A stretch of 17,327 nucleotides of DNA from Bdellovibrionota bacterium FG-2 (GTDB lineage Bacteria; Bdellovibrionota; UBA1018): positions 1 to 17,327 of the forward strand of contig JBBCAV010000067.1 in assembly GCA_051382305.1 (NCBI GenBank), in the 5' to 3' direction. A model generated the notes under the pieces. It searched no databases, was not told where the DNA came from, and worked only from the letters and a program-made list of their open reading frames with translations. A program made the translations under genes and the position numbers. This document shows, one piece after another, positions 16,667 to 17,327 of the stretch (position 1 is the stretch's first letter; every line of letters begins with the position of its first letter).

Positions 16667-16708
16667 TTGACAGATGTTCATGGATGAACTATTTGAGTTC
16701 ACAAGGAG
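16667..16708 (+). promoter_or_regulatory. Putative promoter with overlapping palindromic operators and an SD
   Basis: TTGACA (16667-16672), 17 nt, TATTTG. Palindromes GTTCAT-GG-ATGAAC (16676-16689) and TGAACT-N5-AGTTCA (16685-16701). AAGGAG at 16703-16708. Confidence 0.5.
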
Positions 16709-16721
16709 TCTTAAATTTATT

Positions 16722-17006
16722 ATGAAAACATTGTTTTTGGTTCTCGCTGTGTCGCTTTTTTCTGCTAGTGCATTTGCCGATCAAGTTCAGAGCAAATACG
16801 CTTATGATTGTTGCCCTTGTACTTGTATGTCACATATTCGCGGAGCTTACGGAACGTGTGCGGCAGCAGTCGCAGCATGCAAAGCGGGACGTCCTGCTAG
16901 CGGCGGTGGCAGCAGTACCAAGAAATGCGGCCAAGACGAAATCTCTGCAAAAGGAACCGCCGCAAAAAAAGCCGTGACGGTTGCCAGCCGCACGACCGCG
17001 AAATAA
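16722..17006 (+). CDS. Small secreted Cys-rich protein, 94 aa
   Basis: Classic signal peptide MKTLFLVLAVSLFSASAFA. The mature part has CCPCTC plus three more Cys and a basic tail. AAGGAG lies upstream. Confidence 0.8.
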   Translation: MKTLFLVLAVSLFSASAFADQVQSKYAYDCCPCTCMSHIRGAYGTCAAAVAACKAGRPASGGGSSTKKCGQDEISAKGTAAKKAVTVASRTTAK

Positions 17007-17105
17007 GATTCCTTTATTCCCGTTGCCCGTTTTTGACCTCTGCGCGGCAAGGCAATTTTTGCCTGGCTAAGCCGGCGTGTTCCTAGGGTTTACATTGAAT
17101 TTCAC

Positions 17106-17327
17106 GTAAGCATTCAGTAAACCCGTCTGCTTGAAATTAAGAACAGAGGGTCTGTCTGAAGTTTTTGGCCAACGGGTAAGCCCAGACGCTTTTGATGGGT
17201 TGAGCCTTGAGATGGCGGGTATCTAATTTTCCACGCCCCTGGGTGTTGCCGAGGCACCGCCAGTTCGCAGCCTTGTAGGAAGTGCCAGCGAATTTGCTCA
17301 TTTCAACGAAGGTTTCAAGTAGGACGG
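17106..17327 (-). mobile_element. End of an IS66-like element carrying a DUF4338 gene, truncated by the window edge
   Basis: GTAAGCATTCAGTAAACCC starting at 17106 resembles GTAA-initiated IS66-type terminal IRs and begins 31 nt beyond the DUF4338 stop codon. Confidence 0.55.
17137..17327 (-). CDS. DUF4338 (DruA-like domain) protein, C-terminal fragment, 5' partial
   Basis: Hand translation from 17325: VLLETFVEMSKFAGTSYKAANWRCLGNTQGRGKLDTRHLKAQPIKSVWAYPLAKNFRQTLCS*. It contains the LLETFV, GTxYxAANW, GxTxGRG and KxxWxYPL motifs. Confidence 0.85.
   Translation of the reverse strand, partial: VLLETFVEMSKFAGTSYKAANWRCLGNTQGRGKLDTRHLKAQPIKSVWAYPLAKNFRQTLCS

Noticed and set aside
17050-17073. Short palindromes AGGCAA-TTT-TTGCCT and GGCT-A-AGCC after the Cys-rich gene
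   Set aside because: The stems are short and lack a following U-tract, so there is not enough to call a terminator or operator.
1-17327. Composite transposon formed by the two flanking IS ends
   Set aside because: The ends belong to different IS families and the interior looks chromosomal. Assembly breaks at repeated IS copies explain the edges better.
17137-17327. A Druantia anti-phage system
   Set aside because: Only a DUF4338 C-terminus is visible, followed by an IS-like end rather than druB-E.
1-17327. CRISPR array, tRNA, rRNA or riboswitch
   Set aside because: No regularly spaced repeats or recognisable structured RNA genes were seen by eye. Intergenic regions are short and accounted for.

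Overview
This looks like a chromosomal segment of a Bdellovibrionota-like bacterium. That is an inference from a Bd0055-type histone, a PilZ protein, a DUF4340-like lipoprotein, an ExbB/ExbD pair and many secreted orphans. Both window edges are ends of insertion sequences that the ORF track missed: an IS1634-family right end at 1-128, and an IS66-like end carrying a DUF4338 gene at 17106-17327. The highlight is a 79-aa stand-alone bacterial histone-fold gene (1930-2169, minus strand) with short acidic tails. It is the last gene of a tight PilZ-HAD-FKBP-histone run, followed by a long terminator and a PiT/DUF47 phosphate transport pair. Also present are ExbB/ExbD without TonB plus a membrane methyltransferase, driven from an interlocked bidirectional promoter. 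A secreted zinc metallopeptidase is broken by one in-frame TAG and one frameshift. The right half holds an outer-membrane barrel, two ~720-aa secreted orphans, an M14 carboxypeptidase, an orphan XRE antitoxin-like gene and a small Cys-rich secreted protein. Several genes look leaderless. All family calls come from motifs recognised by eye; no searches were run.
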